A model generated the notes under the pieces. It did no database searches, was not told the DNA's origin, and saw only the letters and a list, made by a program, of their open reading frames with translations. Shown one piece after another: positions 1 through 13,569 of a DNA stretch of 64,000 nt (its first letter is position 1; each line of letters starts with the position of its first letter). Both the position numbers and the translations under genes were made by a program. Source of the DNA: Paragordius varius. Its lineage: Eukaryota; Animalia; Nematomorpha. The stretch is taken from NCBI GenBank assembly GCA_964247055.1, contig OZ176052.1:1178001-1242000 (forward strand). Reading direction: 5' to 3'.

Positions 1-138
1 CAGAACAAAAACTTATACACCAATCATAACAATGCATTTAACAATCATTCTTATAAAAAATATGGGGGAGCTATCGTTTTGAAAAGCTCTAATATTTGGA
101 AATGTAATCTCGTTATGAAAATCTATTTTTTTGTTATA

Positions 139-463
139 TACCATTTATATTACAATTCGAATTCACTCTTAAACAATATAATTCCTAAAAATAAATTATT
201 TGTTTTCGGGCTAATATTACTCATCATTTATATGAAATATATATATATATATATATATGGCTTATTTTATTATTTTTCAGTATTATTTTAATTGCAAAGA
301 ATAAAATTTTATTTTTTTTAGAAATATGGAAAGATATAGGTAAAATTTAATCCTAAAAACACAAACTTTATTTTAGGGTAATTTTGAATTGTTCAAGGGT
401 TAATTTTAATTGTTTAAGGGTGAATTTGAATTGTTTAAGGGTGAATTTGAAGTGTAAATGGTA
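139..463. mobile_element. MITE family A (TACCATTTAC termini, subterminal 21-bp repeats), copy 1
   Basis: Left end TA-TACCATTTA; right end GTAAATGGTA-TA; tandem GGGTGAATTTGAATTGTT(C/T)AA units; interior shared with the other copies. Confidence 0.8.
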
Positions 464-831
464 TATAATAAATTGGTAATAATAGTTAGCTTATCTGTAC
501 ATGGTCTTATAGAATATTAGAATTTTAGCTTTTTTTAATGGCCATATTCCCGGACAATGTTTCAAAATAAGGCTATCGTATTTCGGACACACCGTTAGAG
601 CATGAAACTTCTAATAATATTTAATGAATGTAAATTAAAAAAGTAAATCTTACGCAAAGCCTAAACATTTAACTCTCCTAAATTTTATATTCTCCTTAGT
701 TAATTGGCACATATTTTACCTATGAAAAAGGTATAGATTATTAACATTGATTAGCTATATAATCCATTTATTAATTTTACATATCAAAAGGCAGTTAATT
801 TATTTGGATGCATACTTATTTTTCCAAAATA

Positions 832-1044
832 TACCATTTACAATTCAATTCACCCTCAAAAAGTTATATGTTTTTTAAGATTAAAAATTACCCATATTTT
901 TATAATTTATTAAAAAATAAAAATATGTATTAAATTAAAATAATACTGAAAAAATAATAAACTGCCATTATTAGTTCGAAAATACGCAATAAATTTTAGG
1001 GTCAAGTTGAATTGTTCGAGGGTGAATTTGAACTGTAAATGGTA
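832..1044. mobile_element. MITE family A, copy 2 (short, opposite interior orientation)
   Basis: TATACCATTTACAATTC at 830 and GAACTGTAAATGGTA ending at 1044. Confidence 0.8.
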
Positions 1045-2721
1045 TGGATATATGGTAAATAGCGCATAAGATAAGATGAAGGGAAATTTTGGCAGGTGAA
1101 TAGTGTATAATACAACAAAATAAAAATTTTATTAAACTTTTAAATGCTGTAAAAAAATCAGAAACATCTCTTATCATAATGAACGTTTTAAAACTAATTA
1201 ACTCATGCTCATATCATGAACTTTTCCGTCGATTAATACAAGGTCCTATTTTTTAAAATTTGAACAACCTTTCCTCAATATATTTAGATGGTAATAATAT
1301 TGAAACTCTCTTAATAAGCCAAAAATAATATCAATTATTTTCTTTTTTTTTTGATTTTTTTAAATATCTGTGGGAATTATTATATTATAGTAATAATTAA
1401 TTCAAATTTAATGAAAAAATTTCATTTTATTATTGGGAGGACAATTCATTTATTAACATTCTGTAAAAGTAAAACCAAACCCCTAATGTTCAAAAATAAA
1501 AAGTTAACTTAATTAATTTATTTGTTCATTTCGGTTTTTAGAAAATTAGAGAGAAAAAATCAATAAAATTTATAAATATCTTATCAAAAATGTAATTTAA
1601 ATATTCAAAATTGATTAAATTTTAAACGAAAAAAAATTTTTTTTGTGAAAAAAAGTCATCACACGCGTTTCAAGGGAGTGTCCATTGCAATAACTTAAAA
1701 CTTAAAATTAAACTGGGCACTAATTAAACCTAATATAATTGATTGTGCTAAAAAAATCAGAACTTTTTTGTTTCAATATCCAAAATAAACTTAGAGATGT
1801 CCACCGACCGAATTTTAATCTAACAACTAGGATTCAAGGATAACTTATGTTAATTATATATTTCTCGACACATATCTGTCAAAAATAATTTTACTTTGTT
1901 ATAATATAATAATTACAAAAAAAATTTTTATATTAATCACCAAAATTATATAACTAATTAAATTTATTAATCATATTGTGTACAAATCATTTTTTTTGAT
2001 TAACAATAGCTTAATAATAATAGGAAAATAATTGACTTATTTTTTCCCATAATTTTTCTTATATTTAATTCCAATTATATTAAAAAATAATTATTATCGA
2101 TATACTAAATTTTTAAATAAATAAATTAAGTAAATCATATTTTAATTTTTAAATAAATTTATAATTAGAAAATTAATTTATTGAGCAAAGATCATGGGAA
2201 CATTTTCTTTTTATTGGATTTTTTATGATATCATTATTTTTTTAGGGTCTGGGTAATATAAGTGGCAAATGCACTAATAAACACAGTGTTATAACGAAAC
2301 TAATTTAAATTTCTATAATAATATTATTATAAAGAAGAAAAAGGGTAAAGAATAGAATACAATAGATATATAATATAATTTCGAAAAATTTAATCAATAT
2401 ATCCAAAATGATAATTTTATCATAATATAAAATTTTGCAGGAAAAAAAACGCCGTATTTTTTACTGATTCATTATGTCATTTCATTTTAATTTGTTTAAG
2501 TATCAAATTATTTTTTGAAAATTTTTACCATTTTATTCTATATCTTTGAATTAATATTCCTGAAAAAAAAGTGTCCTTGTTAAAAACAAATTTTACAGTT
2601 ATTATTTATTAACTCTCCCACAAAAATCCGTTATAATTCAATTTAGATTTTTACACTCTCCTCATCGATATTCCAATATAGCAATTTATCATTCGTGATT
2701 AGCAGATATATAATTACTTAG

Positions 2722-2757
<36 letters not shown>

Positions 2758-3059
2758 TGGCCACCATATATCATTTTCTGAATATATATATACTTTTTCA
2801 CATTAATATCCGAAAACAAATTAATGTTGAATAATAAAATATATAATATATCTCCTTGTCGCAATTCATTACAATTCTATTGATGAGTCCACTCTATTAA
2901 AACAAAACGTAAAAAAAACTGGACTTTTAATGTGGTATATGAATTATACTTAACAAAGTCTAATGGCAACATCAAAGGATGAGCACATATATATTTTGTA
3001 ACACAATACTAATTACAATTTTATACGACTAATATATATATATATATATGTAATATATA

Positions 3060-6000
3060 ATGAACACAAGCAAAAATAATGTTGATGATATTGGAAATGA
3101 ATATGAATATGGTGGTATTAGCGCAGAAAAATTCACAAAAGACAACAAAAATACAACTACACTTAATAATAATAATGAAAATAAAACGACAATAAAGAAA
3201 AATAACGTTGACCAAAATAATTCAGCAGCGTCTCTGGAACATTCATCAAACGCATCTCTTAAGATAGAAAATTCTAATTCAGAACAAATACGCGATAAAA
3301 ATTTGGGTAAAGATATTATTAATATGAGTAATACAAGTAATACAAGCAATCTAAACAACTCTTTTCAACAAAGGATTAGTCAACCTGCTAATCAAACCAT
3401 ATCAACAACAGCGCCACCTGGGCCAGATGGCGCCTTAAGTAAAACATCAATTTTAAATCCGGTTGGGACGAGTTTTTTTTCTGCTAGTAGGAAGTCAAGG
3501 TCCTCCATTTCTATCCTCCTGGACAAAGCTAAGAATCAACCGCCTGAGTTGATACATTTAAATGTGGGCGGTATCCATTACAATACGCTAAAGGCAACAC
3601 TCTTGGGTTATAACCTACTTTGGTACTTTGAACAAATTGAATCGGTTAATGAGGATGCCCTCACGCACCAAGGTAAAGTTTTAACTGCGCCACCCTCACT
3701 TCCAATGATAAAACCGACCGTGTTTGAGGACATATTTGCCGACATAGTTGGTTCGAGTGCTACATCTTCGCTTCTCAAAAGTTCCAATGCATCAGGAGGA
3801 AACGATACCACTAATCGTAATGTCACACCACCCTGTTACACACTTTTAAGGTCAACATCTTTATCTGGCGCTCAAGAGGGTACGGGACCACCACCCGGTG
3901 TTATATTCATTGATCGAGATGGCTTACTTTTCCGCTATATCCTAGATTATTTACGCACGGGTCAAATATCACTCCCCCTGGGCTTCCGTGATTATGGGGC
4001 GCTGTTGATGGAGGCTAAATTTTATCGGCTACCACATTTGGAAATGCAATTAGCTAAGGATATGGATGGCATAAGGCGACGAGGTAGTTCTTCAATAACA
4101 ACACCAACAGTTCCTAACCCAGGAAGCAGCATTGGTTTTAATCGAATGTCTTTAACTTCTGGGAATGAAGGTTTATTGCCAAAGTATGGCGGTATGGTTC
4201 CTAGTGATACCTCTATGCCATCTAATATGATGAACAATTCTGTCACAAATATCAATCAAGGTTTATACTACTTCTCTTATGAAATAATTATTGCTTTGGC
4301 GTTTAAGATTATTTTAGTAGTGGTTAAAATCTTTTTAAATTGGTTAATTTATTTATTGTCCATAACTAATTACATCAGAAAGATATGAAATAGCGGTAAT
4401 ATCTGCTTCTTTTTTACAAAAATTACATTTTTTTGTGCATAAACCAATTAATTAAGGACGGAACTATCATATTCTTAATATTTATATATGAAAACATTAA
4501 TAGGTTCACCCTTTATAAATTCAAAATGCGTATTATAACATTTTGAATCATAAAATGGTAAAACTTTAACCATTTACACAGACTACTTAAAGTTATATAG
4601 AAAAACACTTGATCATCTCTTATCTCCAGTCCTGGTTATGCTAAAATAAGTCTGTTTGAAGGTCAAGATATCACATAATAAATATAATAATAATAAAATA
4701 CTATAATAAAAAGTAAAAACTTTATTATAGCTAACACACAACTCTCTCTTGCATCTTGAAATTATAAAACAACCAATTTTACGCGCAAATAAATAAACGG
4801 GGAGGGAGGGATAAGGGATGACCATATTATTATACATTCGCTTAATGCATGTAAAAAATGTAATCAGATAAAATATTAATACCATTTTTATAGACATATA
4901 TATATCCATAAGATAGTTTTGATCAATAAAATATTTTATTGTACATCATAAAAAATGAACGAGAAAGGCGTCGTAAGAAAAAATATGTTGTAAAAAGCTC
5001 TTACTTTTGGTGGAATCCTTATATATAATGCCTCCTTAAACTTTAGGTTTAAGATTTACCAAGAAAAAATAGTTTAAATTTTATTAGTTTTCTTTAATTA
5101 CTTTTAGAGTCTGAAAAATGTTCTGAATATCTCTGCATATACAGTTATTTGTCATAAAAATGAATATAGCTATATCTAATAAAAATTCATTGATTAAACC
5201 GTAATTACCAACCTAAGAAAAAATGTTTTTCCAAATTAAATTTACAACTATAATAACATTAATTTTGTATTGAGAAAAAAAGTTAATTTTTATTAGTTTT
5301 ATAAAAAAATTCTATGTGCCGCACATAATAATATAAAGCCAATGTAGTAATTTAGTTTTATTCTTTGATGAGATATGTAAATTAATTAAATTAGTTATTT
5401 TACGTTTGAATCTAAATTTGTCGAAAAATTTTCTTTTTGTGTTGTTTATGCTGTTTAAGGACAGAAAGAACAAATTTCTGTTTTATGTAATAAAGGAGAT
5501 TGTAAAGTTTCAAAATAATTTGTTGTCAATCCTACCAATTTTTTGGAAAAGTTATCAATCAAGAAAAATATTATAATAACACTTAATGTTTATGAGAGAG
5601 ATATGATAAAATAAATTTAAAACAATGTAAGATTGATTGTGTTTTTTCAAAATAATAAATTTACTTTTATTTCCTTCATTATTCACGACGTACAACCCTT
5701 CGTTGTCACCCACACAATTTGAACCAATCTTTTAACCATTAAACTTCCAGACCCTCTGCAGAAATACACAACAAAAAATAAATGACCCTAAAAATAGCAA
5801 TATCAAATAGCTTAGGCCATATTTAAGGACTTAAACACAAAAATACCAGCTTTACTTTTATAACCATCAATACCTAAAATTTTAAACAATATTATTATAC
5901 ATCATTTAAATTCATTCAAATTAGGTGAATTTTTCTTTTTTAACTGGATAGGTCATTCCATTACTTCCATAGCAGACCCAGGCTATATAACAGTCGGATA

Positions 6001-9000
6001 TCGAGGAACGTTTGCTTTTGGCCGAGATGGACAAGCTGATGTTAAATTCAGAAAACTTACCAGAATTCTCGTTTGTGGGCGCGTTAGTTTATGTCGAGAG
6101 GTTTTTAATTTTTTACACAAAATTAGTTTTTTTGTTTCGCAATATTGCTTAAATTTTACAGTAAAAAGTAAAAACATAAAGGTAAGTATTATTATATTCA
6201 TAAGACAACGGGTATACTTTGGTGGTTTTTTTACACACACAACTCATTGTTTTAAATTGCAAAGCATGAAATAGAGAAATGTTAGTAACACAATCAATCA
6301 TATATTTTACAATTGTAACTAAATAGTTTAAATAGGAAACACAAAGTTTAAAAAGTACGGTTGGTTGTTTTTAAAATATTTGCCTTTAATTTATTACGTT
6401 ATGTCTGTAAAATTAAATTTTTAATGTAATTCATATATATATTTATACTTATATATATATATCTATATATATATATATGTTATCCAATAAATAACCATAT
6501 TATATGGCAAATTTTTTTATTTAATACAGTAAGTATCTCCAGTTTCAATTCTACAAGGATATCTCATTAGCAAAAGATTATCATAATTTTAAGGCTTTGT
6601 TTTAAAGAGTCAGGATATTATTTATTTTTGTCTTTTCTCTGTAAAACTTTTTTAAATTAACATAAACTAAACTAATTCTGTTTGACGTTTGGAAATATAA
6701 TGATCTTTATAAAGCGCATTAGATGTATAGTTATTATTATTGTAATTAGTATTCTTTCGAGTGTTTTTGCAAGCCTCTTGCTAAAAATATTAATTTTTTG
6801 AATATATTATTACGAAAATATTAAATTATTTTTGGTATAATAAATAAGCTTGACGATACAAACTCTTTTGATAATTTATTAACATAACTTTTTGTTCAAA
6901 AATACTCCCTTTAGCCCCCAGATGTAGGCCTGATCCTTAGAAGGAAAACCAGTTATTTTAAACATATTATTATTAGGTAATTCCAAAAGTTTTATTGAAA
7001 ATTCTTTATATTAGGAGGTTTTTGATGAATAAAATGCTTTGAAATTAATAAAATAGGTTTTATCAATTACTTTTAATATTCGTTTTTAGGCATTTTTTCT
7101 AAATTTTAAATTTAAACTTAAATGAAAAATATGAAGATAATTAATATTATTACAATAGCATAATAATTTTGCATTACAATACTATTTATATTTGAATTTC
7201 ATTATTTCAATACCATTTTTTTTGAAAATGAGATGGAAATGAAAAAAATTAATTATGGAAAATCAATAAAATTAATTATTTATTGTCAATATTAAATAGT
7301 AGGAATTTTTTGAACTTAACAATAGGATGATTTTTTTATTATATTTAGCTGGGAGTTATCGACAGGGTGTCTCTATATAATTTATTTTTATATGATAATT
7401 ATTATAATAATATATACACCAAGGAGAAATATTATTGGTTTTATAGGTTTTTTAAATTGGTGGATATAAGTAATTTAATATCAAGTAATTATATGATATA
7501 AATTTATCTAAATAGAAAGGTAATATGAACTATTTATTAATTATGGTAATAAATTTAGATTTCTTACCATTATACTGTTTTTTAACTTCTATAGTTAAAA
7601 AAGATAAAAATCACTATCAATTCTCACCGGCCTAATATTTAAACAGTTATTAATGCTCTGTTGTCGATATTTTCAAAAATTACATATAAGCTATAAACTT
7701 TGGGGGAAATTTGGGTTATATTGTTAATTCTTAGTTATTTCAAATGATTTAAAGCTTTTTTAGGTCGTGCTTCAAAATTACTCTATATATACCATATGAT
7801 ATCAAACCTAATATGTTAGAAGTTAGGTTTGATATGCTTCACGAAAATATTATTCAAATATATAATTAACTTAAGATATTGTATTTGTAAGTACTTTAAT
7901 TTCCAGTGAATGGTATATAAATTTTAATTTTAGAAAAATAGGTAATAAGCTTTTTATGGATCCTATAAAAATTACTTTAAAAAAGGATACAATCATTTTA
8001 GAAAAATGAAATGGTATATTAAGATCTTCAAATATCTGTAACATTTTCCAGGTGTGCCGATATTTATATCCATTTAAAATAGTTCTAAATTATGATTTCG
8101 AAAAAATCGCACCAGTTAACCATTTACTAAAAGCCTAACTCAAAGCCTTTTATTTAAAAACACAACCTTTTTACATTCATTTTAAATGATTTATTAATGT
8201 TCAATCATGCCTATGATTGGTTGATGAGCTTATTAGAATTTTTTAATATTGGAACGAGAAAAAAAACCTTTTAACTCAGATTATTTTGTGTGACCATGGA
8301 AATTTTTTTACATTTTTTCAACCAGCAAACAACACATTTAAATTAAATGCCTTTTTTGGCTGCCAGAAAGATGAATTTTAAATGGTATGATGTCAAAATT
8401 TTCATGTTGGTGGTGATTACTGTTAGATTTATTAAAATAATGTTGTGTGAAATCACCACAAATTATTATTATAATTAAAATAAATCTTTTCTAAGCTCCT
8501 TTCCTTCCTTCCTTTCGATATAATCCATTCCTGTCGAAAACTGTTTAAATTTATCGTTTCAATGTAAATAATCTGTATTGGACTCTTGTGTGTTTATTAT
8601 AAAGAAAAATTTTAAAATCAAAAAAAAAACGAAAGCAAAATATATATATATATATAAATATATTGAATGACCTTGTAATAAATTTTTATTTTTTACACTA
8701 ACATAATGTACATTATAGGGAGAGCTAACAAGTTAGATATATATTTTTAATTTCCAACTAACACTCAGAGTATTTACTAAAAGCTGGTAATTATCTGCAG
8801 CAGCGTTAATGGATCTCCTCTCCTTTTTTTAAAACTACATTTTATAGTAAGGCTAAGGCAATTTTATTTTGATAAGGCTGAATTCGTGTGTTATAGCGCT
8901 AATGAGGTGTGTTAATTTAATAATAAATATCGCTAATCTATGAGCAAGTATTTTCAATTAAATTGGCCATGGTATATGAGAAAAACTCCGACACTGCTTT

Positions 9001-10241
9001 ATAATAATGTTAATCCTACCATTTAATTTAATTTTGCTAAACGTAAATTTTAAAAATTTAACACAATATTTTTAACACTTCGATTCAAATTGGGGTATCT
9101 AAATACCCCAGACTAAATTTAAATTAATATTTTTAAAAAACTACTGAAGGAAACGGTCCCAATTTAAATTTATGCTTCTATCCTGATAAATATTATATAA
9201 ATGTGCCAAAATATATTGATAAAATATTGTTTTGAAAAAAAAGCTCCATCTCAAACTGCTTCGACGCCATTTTTAATTTACAAAATTTTTCCAAAATATC
9301 GTCTTTATTTAATTTTAAGGGTAAAACTAAAGCTAATTTTTTATATAAATAACATCTAACATTGATAGAAATAGAAAAAGCGGTTTAGTTTGTATAATTT
9401 TTCAATTTTACAATTTGACACATGTCACGTTGACGAAATTTTTACCTTTCAGTTTTAGCTTAAAATAAGTAATATCAAGTATTTTTGAATAAAATTTTTT
9501 ATATATTTCGGTTTATTAATGTTAGATATGTGCAAAATTTTGCCATGGTTTCGATTCCTTCTATATTTTTTAAAGAATTTAATTTTAAACAGGCCTGGGG
9601 TATTTAACTACCCCAATTTGAATCGAAGGACTAAAATGATTGAGTTGTATCCAAGTGTTAAAAAAGCTCTTGGTTATGCTATTTATATTTTCATTCAGAG
9701 TTTACTAAACAGCGTCAAAGTAGTTGGGTATGAGACTTTTTTTAAACTAAATTATATTTAGATATTACGGCTTATTTATATAATTTTTATTAGGATAGAA
9801 GCATAAATTTAAATTGGGACTGTTTCCTTCAGTAGAGTTTTTAAAAATATCATCTTTAATATAGTCTGGGGTATTTAAATACCCCGATTCGAAGTGTTAA
9901 CTAAACATAATAAAGTAAATAATTTATTTTTTCCAAATTCTTTTAACCAGGTATTTGGGGAAACTTTGAATGAAAGTCGAGATCCAGATCGAGGACATTA
10001 CGAACGGTACAGTTCCCGTTTTTTCTTGAAGCACAATTTCTTGGAACAAGCCTTTGATGACCTTCAGCGGGCTGGATTTAGGTGTGAAGCGGCTTGTGGA
10101 ACGTCAACCACGTCAACCTGTAAAGTTGATTTGGGAAAACCTTCGCAAGACACCGAAGAAAATAAGTGGAATCATTACAATGAATTCATTTTCAGTCGTC
10201 CGATTGGGTTTACCAGCCATAATTCCACTACTTTAAATTAA
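3060..10241 (+). CDS. KCTD8/12/16-like: KCTD8/12/16-family BTB/T1 + H1 domain protein (GABA-B receptor auxiliary subunit-like); join(3060..4260,5952..6100,9951..10241), 546 aa
   Basis: Exon 1 has the BTB motifs LNVGG and FIDRDGLLFRYILDYLR..EAKFY. Exon 2 reads GYITVGYRGTFAFGRDGQADVKFRKLTRILVCGRVSLCRE and exon 3 reads VFGETLNESRDPDRGHYERYSSRFFLKHNFLEQAFD, both matching the H1 domain. GT-AG sites and phases (1, 0) are consistent. Confidence 0.93.
9076..9896. mobile_element. Non-autonomous piggyBac-like element (821 bp) in KCTD intron 2
   Basis: Flanked by TTAA at 9072-9075 and 9897-9900; ends CACTTCGA...TCGAAGTG; about 115-bp imperfect terminal inverted repeats. Confidence 0.8.
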
Positions 10242-10838
10242 TTAATTATATACCACACTAAGGATCCATGGAAAATTTGCTTTTTACTTTTTTTTATTTA
10301 CTCATAAGATAACCAAGTTATCGTATGGATTTTACAGTATGCACATTAATTTCGGTCAATTCACATCATTGTTGGCTAAATTGATAGTCCAGTATCGTAT
10401 GATATAAAACAAATTTGGTCCATAATTTAATAAACAAATTAATTTTGTAAGATAGAAAAATTCTTTAATTCCCACCATTGTTGTTTTTTACCCATACGCT
10501 ACTGTAATGCCGATTGGCAAAAATTAATGTGAATTGTAGAATTATATACACAGTATGATTAAGTTTACATTGCTTGTTTTTATTAAATAATATTTCCAGA
10601 TAGCATATAAAGCAAGTAATGAATAAATCCTCTTTGCTGGACATGTTATTTGGCATGATCCGGTAAGAAACTATTAATTTACATTTAATTATACTGTTAT
10701 TATTATACTACAATAGGCTAAGCATTATTAAAATTTGGGTGCGATATTTTATAACAAGGTTTTGTAGCGTTTTTGTAATTTTATTTTATCCAAAAAAATA
10801 TTTATAAAAGAAATTTAATTAAATTTTAAAAACACAAC

Positions 10839-10842
<4 letters not shown>

Positions 10843-10894
<52 letters not shown>
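10843..10894. repeat. (TA)n microsatellite; one of many in the window (e.g. ~2728, ~19855, ~28480)
   Basis: Directly visible pure TA run. Confidence 0.95.
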
Positions 10895-10899
<5 letters not shown>

Positions 10900-10922
10900 C
10901 ACAAACATTTTGGTATAAACAG

Positions 10923-11103
10923 TATGCATTTTAATGGTTGTTTATTTTACACTATATTTGGGCAATTCGACAGTAGTTTATGGAGGACAAGATTTTAACA
11001 TAAATAATATAGAATAAAAAAAAATCTATATTTATTTATGTTAAAATCTTGTCCGTAATCTGTTTCAAATTGCCCAAAGTGTGAATTACCATTAAAATGC
11101 ATA
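10923..11103. repeat. Fold-back inverted repeat of about 180 bp (MITE-like hairpin)
   Basis: ATGCATTTTAATGG..TTTGGGCAATT..GGACAAGATTTTAACATAAATAA is mirrored by TTTATGTTAAAATCTTGTCC..AATTGCCCAAA..CCATTAAAATGCAT around a short A-rich loop. Confidence 0.8.
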
Positions 11104-11530
11104 ATATAATTATGAACTTTTGAAAATGTGATACTTTTATTTTAAATCGTTTTGGCTATCGAGCTTTTTTTACTTATCAAATTATTTTTTTAGACAGATG
11201 AATAATTTATTATTACACATTAGCTATAATCATGATTGTAACCAAATTTATTCTTTTATTGATATTCAAACTTATAATTATATTTTGATGTGCAATAAAT
11301 AAATTATAATAATATACTTAATGTGTATGAAATAAATCACTAAATACCCATATTTTCATAATCTCAAAGTTTATATATAACACAAAAAATAGCAAATATT
11401 TCTGAAACTGATCTTGAAATATAGATCAATTTGAAAAAATACGAGCAGCATCGTAGCAAAGTTACTATTCTTTTTAGAAATTTGTGATAGACAATTTTTT
11501 TGATAATAAATACATAATAAATATTTTTAC

Positions 11531-12601
11531 AGTGAATCCATTAGGTATAATCATAAATTTTACCGGTATTATAAAAAATTTTTCTACGCTTCTACATATT
11601 TTCCACCTCTTTCAGGCTATATATGAATGCCATGCCACTTATTGATTGCGGCAAACCATTTGTTAGATCATTTTCCAATTTCGTTGATGTTATCGAAGTA
11701 CTGCGCGGCGAGGGTGTGCCACATTGATGAGTTGTATTAGTCAAATGGCGCCTGGTCAGGAGACGATGCAAAAAAAGTTTCCTGTCAAAGCGATTTGTGG
11801 TGTCTTTTACGGTTCTGCTGTTTGAGACGGACCATCTTAGCCTGCTTTCTAACCCATTCTGTTGATAAATGCGTAAATTAATCATTTGTTGGCGATAACG
11901 CTATGTCTTAACGCTTTTACCCGGTTTCAAAAGCCTATAATACATAATATCGTTCTGGTGTCAGCAGACATAGATGATTTTTTGGCAACGATTTGATCTT
12001 GGCGTTGATGGACCTTGGCGAGGAAAGCCACGATTTTTTCCGCTTTGGTTCACAAAATAAAGCCATATTTCATCTCTCATGATTCGATGCAAAAATGCTC
12101 TTCGATACGTTAAAACAGGATTCCACAAGTCGATTTTCGATTTTTGATTTAAATTTTGTGCTTTTACCGAATTTTATTAATCTTACCCATTTCTCGTAGA
12201 CGTCTGTTGATTGTTATTTATATATTTAATGTCTCTGCCAATCGCCATGAGTTTCAGTTCAGTCACCATCCAAACTCTTGCATTTGATCGTTGCATTCTG
12301 TATTTTAACAAAGCCAAGTCTCTTTTTTACAATCTAAACGTAATTTTGAAACGGCGCTTCCCATGATTTTATCAATGTAGCATGTTTACATGTTTTTTCT
12401 TCTAATTCCGATAAGTTCTTTTTCACGCACAAAATTCATTGTGTTTACTGAACGGAAAAAAATATGACGCTACCTTTTGGCAGACTTGTGGGTGTTTGTC
12501 GTTTATTATTAGATGAACGAAATGGGGTTTGGATTTAATTTCTGCATACATTTCACTTACGTCCTAAAACCGTTAATAATTTTAACTACGAATTCACCTG
12601 G
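11531..12601 (-). mobile_element. Degenerate mariner (Mos1/mauritiana-like) transposon fossil
   Basis: Minus-strand fragments INRRLREMGKI, AFLHRIMRDEIWLYF, PKRKKSW, YYRLLKPG..RYRQQMINL, WHTLAAQYFD..KWFAA and WHGIH..PER follow Mos1 transposase order, with stops and frameshifts. TA-CCAGGTG terminus at 12595-12603. The other end is uncertain. Confidence 0.85.
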
Positions 12602-13538
12602 TAAACAATGACAAAACTATGTAGGGATTCTGTGATATGAGAGAGCACCTATCCTATTTGCTTTATTTAGTAAATTTTTTGGTTTACGGGAAAAAAACTT
12701 ATTTTGCCTTTATAGCGAATACATGTAAATAAAATGTATTTTATGTGTAAAATCATACTAATATATAAGTTTATGAAAATGAAATATGATCTATCTTGAT
12801 AGTTATTGTCAAAATAAATTTCTGTTTAAGGACATTTTGGATTAAATTATTATAACAGTAAAATTATTGGTCTTTTCAAGGTTATTAACAGTTATCAATC
12901 AACTAACTGAATAAAAAGTTTATTTATACAGAATTTAAATATGCATTGTGCGATCAAAAAACTTTGGCCAAATATGAAATATATTTATGTAACTCTAACA
13001 AGTTTATAGTCAAACGTATAGGTTTCATAAATTATAAATATTTAAAAGACATGTTTGACTATTTTTCTATCAATTTAATGCTTAAAAAAATATAGAAAAA
13101 ATTGGATTCAAGATTTTATCTCTCTTTTTAACATTTTTTAATAAAATTTTATGGAATCCAAGAATTACGATTTTTTCCATAGGTTTACTAAATTTATGCT
13201 GCTTACAAAAACGTTAAAAATCTGCTACTATTTTAGGATTAAGTGAAAAATAATTTTTATTCTGAAAAACTATTTTTTTTCGAATTTAAAAGGATTAATA
13301 AATTATTAAAAAACGCTTTAAAACATTTACGCTGACGAGTATATCTTGATTTTTTATAAAAAGTATGTATGACAACCTTTGGATATTGTATAAAAATAAT
13401 TTTTTTGATACAATCTGTCAATAGGTCAAATGAAATAAATATTGAATTTATCAATCAAACCATTTTTATATTTTCTTGTAAAGAGTAAACTTGTACAAAA
13501 GACGTAAAAATGAAAATCCTTTAAAGATTAATTTTAAA

Positions 13539-13569
<31 letters not shown>

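Noticed and set aside
2962-3000. Short upstream ORF MATSKDEHIYIL containing a TCF-like ACATCAAAG
   Set aside because: Expected by chance at this length; no supporting evidence.
3029-4255. Minus-strand ORFs 3029..3358, 3608..3826 and 4022..4255
   Set aside because: Antisense shadows of KCTD exon 1 with no recognisable motifs.
9519-9761. 80-aa ORF inside the piggyBac-like element
   Set aside because: No transposase motifs; it starts at TTA-rich low-complexity sequence and spans a terminal-repeat copy.
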